DNA from: Hydractinia symbiolongicarpus | Lineage: Eukaryota | Direction: 5' to 3' | Assembly: GCF_029227915.1 (NCBI RefSeq) | Contig: NC_079879.1 | Coordinates: 27,443,095-27,507,094, forward strand | Length of the DNA stretch: 64,000 nt | Shown here: piece by piece, positions 12,998-24,218 of the stretch | Numbering within the stretch: the stretch's first letter is position 1 | Layout of the letters: every line of letters starts with the position of its first letter | Notes under the pieces: generated by a model | What the model saw: only the letters and a program-made list of their open reading frames with translations | Databases searched by the model: none | What the model was told of the DNA's origin: nothing | Made by a program: the position numbers and the translations under genes

Positions 12998-13546
12998 TAA
13001 TAATTTGTTATAATAACTTATGTATATAGTATATTTTTGATACAACACACCATCATTTTTTAGATTTCTTTGTTTCTTTTTTTACTATTGTTACTGCGCT
13101 TTTAGATATTTTATATCTTAGGGATGAGGGTTTAAACCAGCTAAAATAACGATTGAATGGGTTATGCCATGTTAAGTCTTATTCTAAAAACTTACTTATT
13201 GAATTTGCTTTGATAAATTCATCTTTGGTCACATAAACTTGTGTAATTGTGTGGTCAGTCTTCAACACAAGTAATCGTTCACATTATTGGTAATTTTAAT
13301 GCTGAACTGAACCAGATCTTCCAAAAATCATTTTTTTATTCAGACAGACATGTTGTTTGTCACATTTTTTTTTCATTAAATACTTTAACCTGCTACCATA
13401 TTCTCGGAGTAATTTGCACCTAATTACATAGGCTAAATGGGGGGGATTCTAGCGAACTGTTCTTTAGCTATAGATCAATTTTAAGAACAATGTTAATTTG
13501 TAACTTTTTATTTAACAATGCAAAGTTTGTGGAATTATATGCCCGT

Positions 13547-15704
13547 AAAACCATGTGAATTGGATGGGACAAAGTGTTTATGAGTTTCGGGCATATGCTT
13601 CATTAAACAAGGCTTAGACTTCTTGTTTAACTCTTCTAATAAATAAGGAGTCAATGACTATAGTAGAAGTCTTCGCGAACGCGCGGTCACAACTTTTGAT
13701 GGTTCTCACACGTTGTATGCATCAAGTATTCGCCAAAGTTAACAAGTATGCGCTGATATAGACAATGAGCAGCTAATCGAGGCGGTTAGCAGTGGATTTA
13801 GGGCGGGATTCATTGATGTTCATGGAACTGCGCCAAAAAGTGGGGTAGCAACGTGTTTTGAATGAAAGATTGGCCGATGTTCACAAGTGTGCTTTGATCG
13901 ATACGATGAGCAGCGAGTGTGGGACTGAATGAATGATGGATGTATACAAGTAGTCACTGTTACGTGGTGTAGGAGCGTTGAACATAGATGTATGTGCCAT
14001 GTTTACAACTGTGCATGGATACTCAATATAGGTGTTGGGTGAGGGACTGATAGAGGGGTATTCACCGATGCTCCCACAAGTGCATGTAGGTGCGCCAAAA
14101 ACGGTCTTAGTGTATCTCTGCTCTTTTATATCCCATTTTTTCTCGTGCAACCTAAATTTATTCCGCCTTACCGTTTTCATATAGAAAAACCCTGAAGATT
14201 ACCAGACAGAGAGAAAAACAATAAAAAAGCGTAATGGTCATTTCGGATTTATTACCAGCTTCTAATAATTTATGTTTTGGCAAAAAAAAAAGAGAAAGAA
14301 AATAAATAAAATTTTTGACATAAAAATATACGTGAAAAAAAATATTTAACGAAACACATTTCAAAAATGCACCAAGTTTAATAACTTTTATAATAAAATC
14401 ACTGTCACAATTGTGTACACATTCGAGGTTGAAATACAAAACAATATTCAGGTTTCAGAATTATCTGATATTGTTAGAGGGGCTAGCTAAATTTGTAACC
14501 ATAGACTACAAGATAATTTCATGTAACAAATATAAATAATAAATATATAAAACACAATATGATCACTAATCAAATAACTTTTAGTGATCGCTATTTCATT
14601 GATCATCTATATAGAATAAACCAGAATAAAAAATTTTAATAATCGCATTCGTTTATATAGCAAATGTACTTTCAAGATTTAAATTAAAAATATAATTGGT
14701 TGAGAACTTCCAAATTATAAAAATAATAACCAGACCAGACGAGAGAAGAATACCGTTAAATTGAACGCAAATTTAACAATTCACAGAATTTAATTTTGCA
14801 AGAAAATTTCTAGTTAAGTTTTTCAGAACTAGTTCTCAAATTCTGTAATTTACTGTAAAATTATTAGAAAATGGACACAAAGATAAAGCCTGGCGTGTTT
14901 TTAATGAAATTTTATGAGATCTAGCAGGTTTGTGAAATTCAATCCCCTTTAAGGAATCAAGAATTTTTGTAACAAACACAACCTAGACTAGATTTCTCAC
15001 AAAAATTCCTATTCATGTTATAACACATCCTTATATGGAAAACAGTACAGGATATTATATTACTTTTTCAATGTTTTTATTTTTATTATTAACTCCTGGG
15101 TATTATAAGAGCAGATGTTTTTTAAATTTTGTAAACATCTCAAACTCACATTGTAAACAAAAATTCTTAAAATAAGCCATTTTACTTTAAATATTTGTAC
15201 AATTACTCATTCACATGCTTAAGGTATTATACAAATATTGAGAAATGTTACTCCGAATGAATTCTTCGTTTATCATGCTCAACAAATTTCGTCCCCTCAT
15301 AGTTGCTGTGGTGTCTCGTTTTGTTCCGTCTTACAGAGTTTCTTAAAGAATGTCTGAAAGAGCTGAATTTTTTGTTCCATGATTTATTTCGTTGTGGTAT
15401 TTTTGTAGTATAACATCTTTGTGCTTGCTTACGGCTATCAAATACTTCTAACCCATCAACAACATTAAGATACAGATCCTTATATTTATTTAAATCCATT
15501 TCAAATCGAAATATGCCACCATTGCTGTATTTACTTTTTAATTTAAATTGTCTTTCAGCAAAGTCTCCTTGTTGTGGGAAAAACCCCATTTTTACTTTGT
15601 GTTTTTCAATTTCCAAATAAACCAAATCTCTCCAGGCAAATGTTTCCATCCTTTTAGGAAGAGTAAACTTTTCAATATATGACTCATATACGAAATGAAC
15701 TCCA
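13547..15704. repeat. Copy 1 of a ~2.16-kb near-identical direct segmental duplication. It carries the 3' flank and the last 457 bp of the FERM gene.
   Basis: 13547–15704 is collinear with 19495–21652 at a constant offset of 5948 bp. I saw a single mismatch in the stretch I compared base by base (ttttactt against tttaactt near 15595 and 21543). The ORF-track proteins at 13881–14180 and 14158–14439 are identical to those at 19829–20128 and 20106–20387. Confidence 0.9.
15248..15704 (-). pseudogene. Truncated duplicate carrying the 3' third of the FERM-domain gene (C-lobe and basic tail only)
   Basis: The 165-aa ORF at 15248–15745 matches the C-terminus of the 380-aa protein at 21196–22338 (VHFVYESYIEKFTLPKRMETFAWRDLVYLEIEKHKV...). 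Homology ends at the duplication edge and there is no N-terminal part. Confidence 0.7.
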
Positions 15705-16839
15705 GTTTTACTCCGGGTAAAAACGGTCCAAGAAATGCTTATCAAAAGCGTCCGCGTTTTTCGGCCCGTAGGTTTTTAAAAACGGTCGAGGACCGTAAGT
15801 ATTATATCTTTGGTACATGGTACCATACTTTTATCTGGTATGTGTTTTAAACGTGTCTGATGGTTTTACGAGCGCTAGAATTTGAAAGTCGAATAAATTT
15901 TCTTTCGATCGAATATAAACATGCTTATGTTGAACATCGTGGAATGTCTTTTTAGCTGTCTTGAAATAGTGCCTCTTTCAATTTTACCCTTCCAGTAACA
16001 AACTTTGTTGGGTATAGAATAGTATTAAATGGTATTATTTTTCTATTTGAAGGCATTAAAACGCAAGTTGTAAGACGAATCTTCAATTCTGTTGTTTTAC
16101 ATTTTTTAATTTTGAAGTTTTTTTGGTAAATAAAAGCAACGGAAGTATGGGAAAATTGTAGTAAGCTACGTATGGCAGTCTCAGGAATTAAGAAATGGCG
16201 GCCATTTTTAAATTGTTTCTTTTTTATTATATTCTGTAAACTAAGGTGTGTTAATGGTCTATCTGGCTATGTCCTATGAGTATAAGTATATTTTAGGTCT
16301 CATATAGCCGACTTCTCAATTTTTCACAATATATACAAGAAACCCATCCATATAAAAAAAATTAAAACTTGTCTTTAAAGCTAGCTAGCTAGCTAAATAT
16401 TTTGTGGATGTGTTGTCCCATTGTATAGCTATAGCTAGCTATGCTTTATTCTGACTAAATTTTCTCATGTATTAATTTTTTCGCAAGTTTTCATTCATCC
16501 ACAAGTAACAAGGAAAAATTTAGGGTTTTTAGGCAAAATAGATGCGTTAAACCGTAGCTAGCTAGAGTTCTGTGTATAGATGAGCGAATGTTTACAAAGT
16601 TCTGTATATGTACGCGCATTCTTACAGGCAATAAAAGAAGGACCACATAAGAAAAACTATTTCCACTAATTTATATATTTAAGGAATAAACGATCTAAAA
16701 GGAGCTGGAATTGGAATACCGTTTTTTTTAATTAAGAAAAGAAAAATGTTTTTTCCCTATAAATAACGAACTTGTGTTTATATATATATACGTTTATTCT
16801 TATTTTTTTTAAAACATTCCAAGACATAAAAATTCATTT

Positions 16840-16990
16840 CTTTGTGTCATTCGCCAAAATAAATTCCGTTAAAATAAACATTTTTTTGTATTCGCCAAAT
16901 TAAATCCTCGCCAAATTTTATAAAATTTATCATTCGCAAAATTAAATCCCCGCCAAGTATTCCATTTTGGTCATTCACCATTAAATACTC
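16840..16990. repeat. Degenerate ~38-bp tandem repeats immediately upstream of the unknown ORF pair
   Basis: The motifs cattcgccaaaataaattcc, gtattcgccaaattaaatcctcgccaaatttt, cattcgcaaaattaaatccccgccaag and cattcaccattaaatactctccaaaattt are imperfect iterations of one unit. Confidence 0.5.
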
Positions 16991-17137
16991 TCCAAAATTT
17001 ATCCACTTAAGATAGTAAATAAAAATATCCTCTCTTTTTCATCTTCTTTTTCTAAAATGACAGATAATAACTTTTCTTTTCTATATATATATATAATATA
17101 TATATTTATAATTACCTATGTTTTTAGATCATGTATA

Positions 17138-17641
17138 ATGATGTCAGATTTAATTGATTCATATGCAGAGTTGGACGAAAAAAATATCCTCGTCATCAAT
17201 TTAATAAAGTTTCACTTCGATACAATTTTAACATCTCTTAATCGAAAAATTCAAGCAAAACAAACTTTGTATAATCCCTTCAAAGTTGTCATTAATGAAC
17301 GTGTCCATTCCGAAATATTTTTAGCTGTTTATAAAGCCATTCGCGACTTCCGCACAGCTTACGGTAGAGAATTGATTGTTAAGAAAGACAAAAGTGGTAT
17401 CATTAAAGAAATTAGTATTATTTTTCACCATCTTGGGTCATTGAAATTCCATTTATCAAACTTGTCTAGCCTTGATATCAATAAAATATTCAAAAAGAAG
17501 TTTAAAAGCAATGCCGTCGGTGATATAATATGTGACGATGAAAAAAAATGTATTTTACATTACAAAGTGTCAACAAAGACATTAAATATAACTGCATCGT
17601 ACAAAGTTGTCAATCAATATGGTATGGTATGTAGTTATTGA
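17138..17641 (+). CDS. Hypothetical intronless ORF 1, about 167 aa, no recognisable domain
   Basis: The ORF-track ORF 17057–17641 begins in low-complexity (TA)n sequence, so I take the internal ATG ATG at 17138 as the more plausible start (MMSDLIDSYAELDEKNILVINLIKFHFDTILTSL...). It lies between the two duplicated copies. Confidence 0.35.
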   Translation: MMSDLIDSYAELDEKNILVINLIKFHFDTILTSLNRKIQAKQTLYNPFKVVINERVHSEIFLAVYKAIRDFRTAYGRELIVKKDKSGIIKEISIIFHHLGSLKFHLSNLSSLDINKIFKKKFKSNAVGDIICDDEKKCILHYKVSTKTLNITASYKVVNQYGMVCSY

Positions 17642-17696
17642 CAGAATTGGATTTTTATCCTAGTTAAATGTTTTTATTTTGTTGTATTTCTATGCC

Positions 17697-18518
17697 ATGC
17701 CTCCTAAAGGAAAGTCAAAGGCACAAAACATTAAGTTTTCCCAGTTAGGAAAATATACATCAAACAGAAAAAAAATCAACGATATGGATTTGAAAATTTC
17801 AAATCAGAGTAACCTAATTGAGGAAAAACAAAAACAATTAGCAGCATTGAGCAGTGAGATAACTTTGATTGAAAGGGATGTTGATAAGTTAAGAAATAGA
17901 TTAGCTAGAAAAAGAAAACGTGTTAGACACCTAAACTATGAGTGTAGTAAGAATAGAGTGGACTCTGAAGTCAAATTTAGCATCAGCAAGGTAACAGCTG
18001 AGAGGCGTAGTAAATTCCCATCATCTAGTGATTTAAATAGATCAGCAAAAGATACACGTCGTCTGGAAACATTTGAAGCTTGTTCTGCCATTCACGGAGG
18101 GTCTAAGGAATCTGTTCAGCCGGTTATGTTTGGTATGATTGACACATTGTGTTCGAAAATCCCCTCAAAAATGTTTGCAAAAAGTTTATTGAATGCTAAA
18201 TCATCTGTAGTAAAACAGATAAAGGAAACTACCATCAAAATAGCAAATGAAGAATTTTACAATTCAGAAGATAATAAACTACGTTCTCTCAATGTTTTTT
18301 ACAGCCACAATGTCATGGGGAAAGCTAAATACATGGCAATTAGAAAGGCAAATAGAATTTCCCAGAATAAACAGAATTCAGTGGTTAATTATATTCAGTA
18401 TCCTCATTTAGCAACCATTATCAATAACATTGATATAGGAACACTACATGACATACATCCAACTCTAACCTTTGGAGATGAAACAAGAGAGTGCTTTCAT
18501 GAAAAAGGTTTTTTCTGA
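17697..18518 (+). CDS. Hypothetical intronless ORF 2, about 273 aa. It has a lysine-rich N-terminus (MPPKGKSKAQ), a coiled-coil segment and a basic KRKR patch.
   Basis: The first in-frame ATG is at 17697. The ORF-track start at 17679 is a TTG alternative start. The segment EEKQKQLAALSSEITLIERDVDKLRNRLARKRKRVRHL is a predicted coiled coil followed by a putative nuclear localisation signal. I could recall no homolog. Confidence 0.4.
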   Translation: MPPKGKSKAQNIKFSQLGKYTSNRKKINDMDLKISNQSNLIEEKQKQLAALSSEITLIERDVDKLRNRLARKRKRVRHLNYECSKNRVDSEVKFSISKVTAERRSKFPSSSDLNRSAKDTRRLETFEACSAIHGGSKESVQPVMFGMIDTLCSKIPSKMFAKSLLNAKSSVVKQIKETTIKIANEEFYNSEDNKLRSLNVFYSHNVMGKAKYMAIRKANRISQNKQNSVVNYIQYPHLATIINNIDIGTLHDIHPTLTFGDETRECFHEKGFF

Positions 18519-19494
18519 TTTAGAAATTTAGACACCGTTTTTTGTTTAAAAGTTCAGTATGTTGATAGTTCGTGTTAGATGTATATTTTCCTTATTTCCT
18601 TATTCTGCTATATACTTTTTGTTTGCATAACATTTGCAATGTATATTTGTGAATCAGTGAGATAGTGTCTTTCGCAAGAGTATGAATATTAATTTTCCCA
18701 ATTAGAAAGCTCAAAGAAATCAATTTTTTAATATAAATGTGTGTGAATTAATGTTTTGTCAGAACATTTGGTACATAAATGTTTACGACGTAATCATATA
18801 GAAAGTATGGTGACTATTACAGCATAAAATTTATAATATTTACATCAAAGAATATGTATTTTATACAAATATATTTTATTTTTATGAGCATGGCAATGCC
18901 AAATTTTCTCTTGCAAAAGAAAACAAATTCTAGATCATCATCATTTTTTTCTGTGAATAGATGTTATAAAACACTAGCTATATGATAGTTTATATTTTAT
19001 TAAAAAAAAGTTTTCATAGTTCATATGTTTTATTTAAACAGAGTTGTTGTGTTATTATTTGCTTCATATTGAGATACAATGTGTCACAAAAGTAGTTTTT
19101 GTTGTTTGACTGTCCTGTGTGTTCTGGCAGCTAGCTAGCTGTGCTGCCTCCATCCCATCTTCTTTTTATTTTTTATTATATGCAATAATGAGTAACGGTA
19201 GCTACGAAAGCCATAAAATAACAATAATTTATCCATTTTTTACTCGTTATATACCAAATCAAAACTTTAAACACTTGCAGCAACCTTTCAGTGTGTTTAG
19301 CCAGGTAGCCATTTTTATTTTTCTACAAATCTCTCCATCGCGCTGCTGTTGTACCTGCTATTGTGAAAACCTAGGTTGCAATTGAAGGAGTGTCGAATTG
19401 CGGCGCAAACTCCATGTAACAATCCTTGACAAAATAGCCAGGCCGTTTGAAAAATACGAGTTAAGCATTTTCACACGGGAAATAGCCCGCCGTG

Positions 19495-21652
19495 AAAACC
19501 ATGTGAATTGGATGGGACAAAGTGTTTATGAGTTTCGGGCATATGCTTCATTAAACAAGGCTTAGACTTCTTGTTTAACTCTTCTAATAAATAAGGAGTC
19601 AATGACTATAGTAGAAGTCTTCGCGAACGCGCGGTCACAACTTTTGATGGTTCTCACACGTTGTATGCATCAAGTATTCGCCAAAGTTAACAAGTATGCG
19701 CTGATATAGACAATGAGCAGCTAATCGAGGCGGTTAGCAGTGGATTTAGGGCGGGATTCATTGATGTTCATGGAACTGCGCCAAAAAGTGGGGTAGCAAC
19801 GTGTTTTGAATGAAAGATTGGCCGATGTTCACAAGTGTGCTTTGATCGATACGATGAGCAGCGAGTGTGGGACTGAATGAATGATGGATGTATACAAGTA
19901 GTCACTGTTACGTGGTGTAGGAGCGTTGAACATAGATGTATGTGCCATGTTTACAACTGTGCATGGATACTCAATATAGGTGTTGGGTGAGGGACTGATA
20001 GAGGGGTATTCACCGATGCTCCCACAAGTGCATGTAGGTGCGCCAAAAACGGTCTTAGTGTATCTCTGCTCTTTTATATCCCATTTTTTCTCGTGCAACC
20101 TAAATTTATTCCGCCTTACCGTTTTCATATAGAAAAACCCTGAAGATTACCAGACAGAGAGAAAAACAATAAAAAAGCGTAATGGTCATTTCGGATTTAT
20201 TACCAGCTTCTAATAATTTATGTTTTGGCAAAAAAAAAAGAGAAAGAAAATAAATAAAATTTTTGACATAAAAATATACGTGAAAAAAAATATTTAACGA
20301 AACACATTTCAAAAATGCACCAAGTTTAATAACTTTTATAATAAAATCACTGTCACAATTGTGTACACATTCGAGGTTGAAATACAAAACAATATTCAGG
20401 TTTCAGAATTATCTGATATTGTTAGAGGGGCTAGCTAAATTTGTAACCATAGACTACAAGATAATTTCATGTAACAAATATAAATAATAAATATATAAAA
20501 CACAATATGATCACTAATCAAATAACTTTTAGTGATCGCTATTTCATTGATCATCTATATAGAATAAACCAGAATAAAAAATTTTAATAATCGCATTCGT
20601 TTATATAGCAAATGTACTTTCAAGATTTAAATTAAAAATATAATTGGTTGAGAACTTCCAAATTATAAAAATAATAACCAGACCAGACGAGAGAAGAATA
20701 CCGTTAAATTGAACGCAAATTTAACAATTCACAGAATTTAATTTTGCAAGAAAATTTCTAGTTAAGTTTTTCAGAACTAGTTCTCAAATTCTGTAATTTA
20801 CTGTAAAATTATTAGAAAATGGACACAAAGATAAAGCCTGGCGTGTTTTTAATGAAATTTTATGAGATCTAGCAGGTTTGTGAAATTCAATCCCCTTTAA
20901 GGAATCAAGAATTTTTGTAACAAACACAACCTAGACTAGATTTCTCACAAAAATTCCTATTCATGTTATAACACATCCTTATATGGAAAACAGTACAGGA
21001 TATTATATTACTTTTTCAATGTTTTTATTTTTATTATTAACTCCTGGGTATTATAAGAGCAGATGTTTTTTAAATTTTGTAAACATCTCAAACTCACATT
21101 GTAAACAAAAATTCTTAAAATAAGCCATTTTACTTTAAATATTTGTACAATTACTCATTCACATGCTTAAGGTATTATACAAATATTGAGAAATGTTACT
21201 CCGAATGAATTCTTCGTTTATCATGCTCAACAAATTTCGTCCCCTCATAGTTGCTGTGGTGTCTCGTTTTGTTCCGTCTTACAGAGTTTCTTAAAGAATG
21301 TCTGAAAGAGCTGAATTTTTTGTTCCATGATTTATTTCGTTGTGGTATTTTTGTAGTATAACATCTTTGTGCTTGCTTACGGCTATCAAATACTTCTAAC
21401 CCATCAACAACATTAAGATACAGATCCTTATATTTATTTAAATCCATTTCAAATCGAAATATGCCACCATTGCTGTATTTACTTTTTAATTTAAATTGTC
21501 TTTCAGCAAAGTCTCCTTGTTGTGGGAAAAACCCCATTTTAACTTTGTGTTTTTCAATTTCCAAATAAACCAAATCTCTCCAGGCAAATGTTTCCATCCT
21601 TTTAGGAAGAGTAAACTTTTCAATATATGACTCATATACGAAATGAACTCCA
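19495..21652. repeat. Copy 2 of the ~2.16-kb direct segmental duplication. It is contiguous with the full-length FERM gene.
   Basis: See copy 1. Identity ends exactly at 15704 and 21652. Both copies are preceded by a similar motif, gcccg..aaaacc. Confidence 0.9.
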
Positions 21653-22338
21653 TTTTCTGACAAAGCAATGAAAAAACTCTCTGTAGCTTTATCACAAATA
21701 TTGTAAATGATATAACCATAGAGGGGAACTTTTTGAACAAGACTAAGATATAATATATCTGCTTGTGCTGGGCGAGTACCCTGTAATTGTTTGTGATACA
21801 CTCTTACCAGTTTCATATAATTAATTTCAGAAATTGTTTCATTGCAACTCAGTGTTGTTGGAGCAAATATTTCGAATTTGTTCATTTCTGTAGAATACTC
21901 TTTTTCATTTACATTAAAATTACCCAGTTCAGCTTGTGCTATAAAGGCATCAAGCATAGCATGTGTTTTAACATTGCAACCCAAGTCTCCATTAATCAAC
22001 AGCCCTTTCATAAAATGCCTGAATAAGCGTCTTCCTTCTGCAGTTGTTATTGCTAAGTCTGGATTTCTTGGATAAACCCTCACAGCAAAGTGTAAACAAA
22101 CTTCCTCAGTGTCTGAGATAGAACGCAAATATTTCAGTGTCCTTAGGTTTTCTTCCGGTTGTAACCAATTCATACCAGCATCATTTTTGTCCGAGTATCG
22201 TAAACCGAAAATTTGGCTATCGTTTGATATTTTCAGTGCATTAAATGTTTCTTCCACAAGGAAATTTCCTTTCAATTTCTTTGATTTCAAATGTATATGT
22301 ATATTTTCACCATTAGGTAATATTATGCTAAAGTCCAT
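21196..22338 (-). CDS. Intronless FERM-domain protein, 380 aa. It has a ubiquitin-like N-lobe, a helical M-lobe and a PH-like C-lobe, followed by a basic tail.
   Basis: ATG at 22338. The N-terminus MDFSIILPNGENIHIHLKSKKLKGNFLVEETFNALKISNDSQIFGLRY matches the FERM-N pattern. FAVRVYPRNPDL...GRRLFRHFMKGLL matches the FERM-M lobe. VHFVYESYIEKF...GIFRFEMD matches FERM-C. Confidence 0.7.
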   Translation of the reverse strand: MDFSIILPNGENIHIHLKSKKLKGNFLVEETFNALKISNDSQIFGLRYSDKNDAGMNWLQPEENLRTLKYLRSISDTEEVCLHFAVRVYPRNPDLAITTAEGRRLFRHFMKGLLINGDLGCNVKTHAMLDAFIAQAELGNFNVNEKEYSTEMNKFEIFAPTTLSCNETISEINYMKLVRVYHKQLQGTRPAQADILYLSLVQKVPLYGYIIYNICDKATESFFIALSENGVHFVYESYIEKFTLPKRMETFAWRDLVYLEIEKHKVKMGFFPQQGDFAERQFKLKSKYSNGGIFRFEMDLNKYKDLYLNVVDGLEVFDSRKQAQRCYTTKIPQRNKSWNKKFSSFRHSLRNSVRRNKTRHHSNYEGTKFVEHDKRRIHSE

Positions 22339-23399
22339 CCTTCAAGTACAATCTTTTTTAAAGTAAACGAAAAATACGAAAACTTAGCAATAGCTATTTT
22401 TAAAAAAACGTGCCCTTCTTTGCGACATTTCCACTGCTTATAATTAAACTTCCCGCCTGTCGGTTTCTTAAAATAGCTACACCCCCAATCCATGGATTCG
22501 ACGTCTTCTGATATTTCTATTTAAAAGTATAGCTGGAATGCCTAGAATGGGTGACCATGGATATGTAAACAAATGGAAATTGCTTCACTCTCCATCGCAG
22601 TGTTTACAACTGTGACAAATCCTATGATCAAGACCCGTAACCTGGAACCAAACCCCGAACCCCGAAACCCGGTAATCAATACCCCGTTGCCTTTTCCATT
22701 TGGCTTTCTGATTTCTTCATATCTCGGGACAGCAAGAAACTCGCCAGTCCTTACTGGGTTTTAGGGCCGGCAATAATGAAGACCGGTATGAAAAAGAAAT
22801 CGTTAAAAAAGATTGTATTTTTTTGTCGAATATATTTATTGTTTACATTGTTTTGCAGTTGTGGGGCACCGTACCCATCAAACTTTCAAATTCTATTCCT
22901 ACAAGTCAAACTTATTTTTAACAAAGTATTTTTGTTAAATTAGATTAAAAAATTAAAGGCCGCCACCAACCTCGTCCCCAGTCTTGTTGGGCTTTTTATA
23001 TTTGGACGGCATGCAAATATGAAAACCCTAACAAGTCCTGTACACCCCTACCTTAAAAAAAACTTGGGAAGTAAGTCCTGTACACCCTACCTTAAAAAAA
23101 CTTAGGAAGTTGTCCATTTTATGCATTTAGCAAAATTCAAAGAGCTGCCCATTAAACTGTAACCAACCATTCAATTAAGTACCGAAATCGAGTATCGTTC
23201 AAAAATAAAATAATACATCAAAACCAATCATTTTTATAAATTTGTGTCTTTTACACAACTAAACATTGTTTGATTTGACAATTCCGAAATATATTCGGCA
23301 TGTATGCGTTTAGATAAAAACAAGCTTCAACCACAGCAGAAAAAGCATTGTTTAATGCTTCAACATTTTTCAAAAAATAGCATTTTTGTAAGTTAAGTA

Positions 23400-23750
23400 T
23401 AAGTTGTAACAAAATCTTAGTTGTAGCAAAATCTTAGTTGTAACAAATTCTTAGTTGTAACAAAATCTTAGTTGTAACAAAATCTTAGTTGTAACAAAAT
23501 CTTAGTTGTAACAAAATCTTAGTTGTAACAAAATTGAAGTTGTAACAAAATTTTAGTTGTAAGAAAATCTTAGTTGTAACAAAATTGAAGTTGTAACAAA
23601 ATTGAAGTTGCAACAAAATTGAAGTTGTAACAAAATCTTAGTTGTAACAAAATTGAAGTTGTAACAAAATTGAAGTTGTAACAAAATTGAAGTTGTAACA
23701 AAATTGAAGTTGTAACAAAATCTAAGCGTATCGAAGGCTACAGTGTTAAA
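23400..23750. repeat. 17-bp minisatellite, about 20 copies, with units cttagttgtaacaaaat and tgaagttgtaacaaaat
   Basis: The tandem array is clear by eye with two alternating unit variants. It lies about 470 bp downstream of the F-box gene stop. Confidence 0.85.
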
Positions 23751-23825
23751 TGATGATAAAAAAAGGCGGTAACAAAGACGTACAAACACGTTGCAAAATC
23801 CCGTCGCAAAAGAGTTTGTTTCTTA

Positions 23826-24114
23826 AGGGAGATTTTCACGAAGCGAATTGAACGGCGAATTCGATGGCGAATTGTATCTGAGCATGCGCAGTTTTGTTTG
23901 TTTTGATTTTGCATCGAAATATTCGCTTCGCTGAAAAGTAGAAACAGTTCCTACTTTTTAGCGGCTAAAGGTTTCGCTGCTAGATTTTTACCAATCAGAA
24001 CGCGGTTAACTAATGTAAACAATGAATTTTGCGCCTTATTTATTTTGTCGTGAAAATTAAAAATCGAATTCGCCATCGAATTCGCCGTTCAATTCGCTTC
24101 GTGAAAATCCCCCT
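23826..24114. mobile_element. PIF/Harbinger-type MITE, 289 bp, with ~48-bp TIRs and a TTA target-site duplication
   Basis: Left end agggagattttcacgaagcgaattgaacggcgaattcgatggcgaatt matches the reverse complement of right end gggggattttcacgaagcgaattgaacggcgaattcgatggcgaatt. The flanking trinucleotide tta is present on both sides (23823–23825 and 24115–24117). There is no ORF. Confidence 0.6.
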
Positions 24115-24218
24115 TTACGCAACAATATTTTTTTAAAAAAACAGCAATGACTTCTTAGTAAAACCAACTAGTTGACGAATACAACTTAAACACCTGTTCT
24201 TGAAACATCTATTAGTAA

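Noticed and set aside
12713-13048. Minus-strand 111-aa ORF overlapping the SLC17 terminal exon and 3' UTR
   Set aside because: It is antisense to confidently assigned coding sequence. Its composition is low-complexity (ISYYNKLLLSIV...) and it is likely spurious.
13881-14439. Minus-strand ORFs 13881–14180 and 14158–14439, and their identical copies at 19829–20128 and 20106–20387
   Set aside because: They lie in degenerate internally repetitive sequence (iterated gatgttcacaagtgtgc-like units) and in AT-rich low-complexity DNA of the FERM 3' flank. They show no homology or codon-usage signal. Their identity in both copies only reflects the segmental duplication.
23400-23750. Possibility that the 17-bp array, the 23-bp array (48600–48880) or the 197-bp array (58776–59568) are CRISPR arrays
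   Set aside because: The context is eukaryotic, with spliced genes and eukaryotic TEs. The arrays are pure tandem repeats without unique spacers of uniform length, and no cas genes are present. They are minisatellites or satellites.
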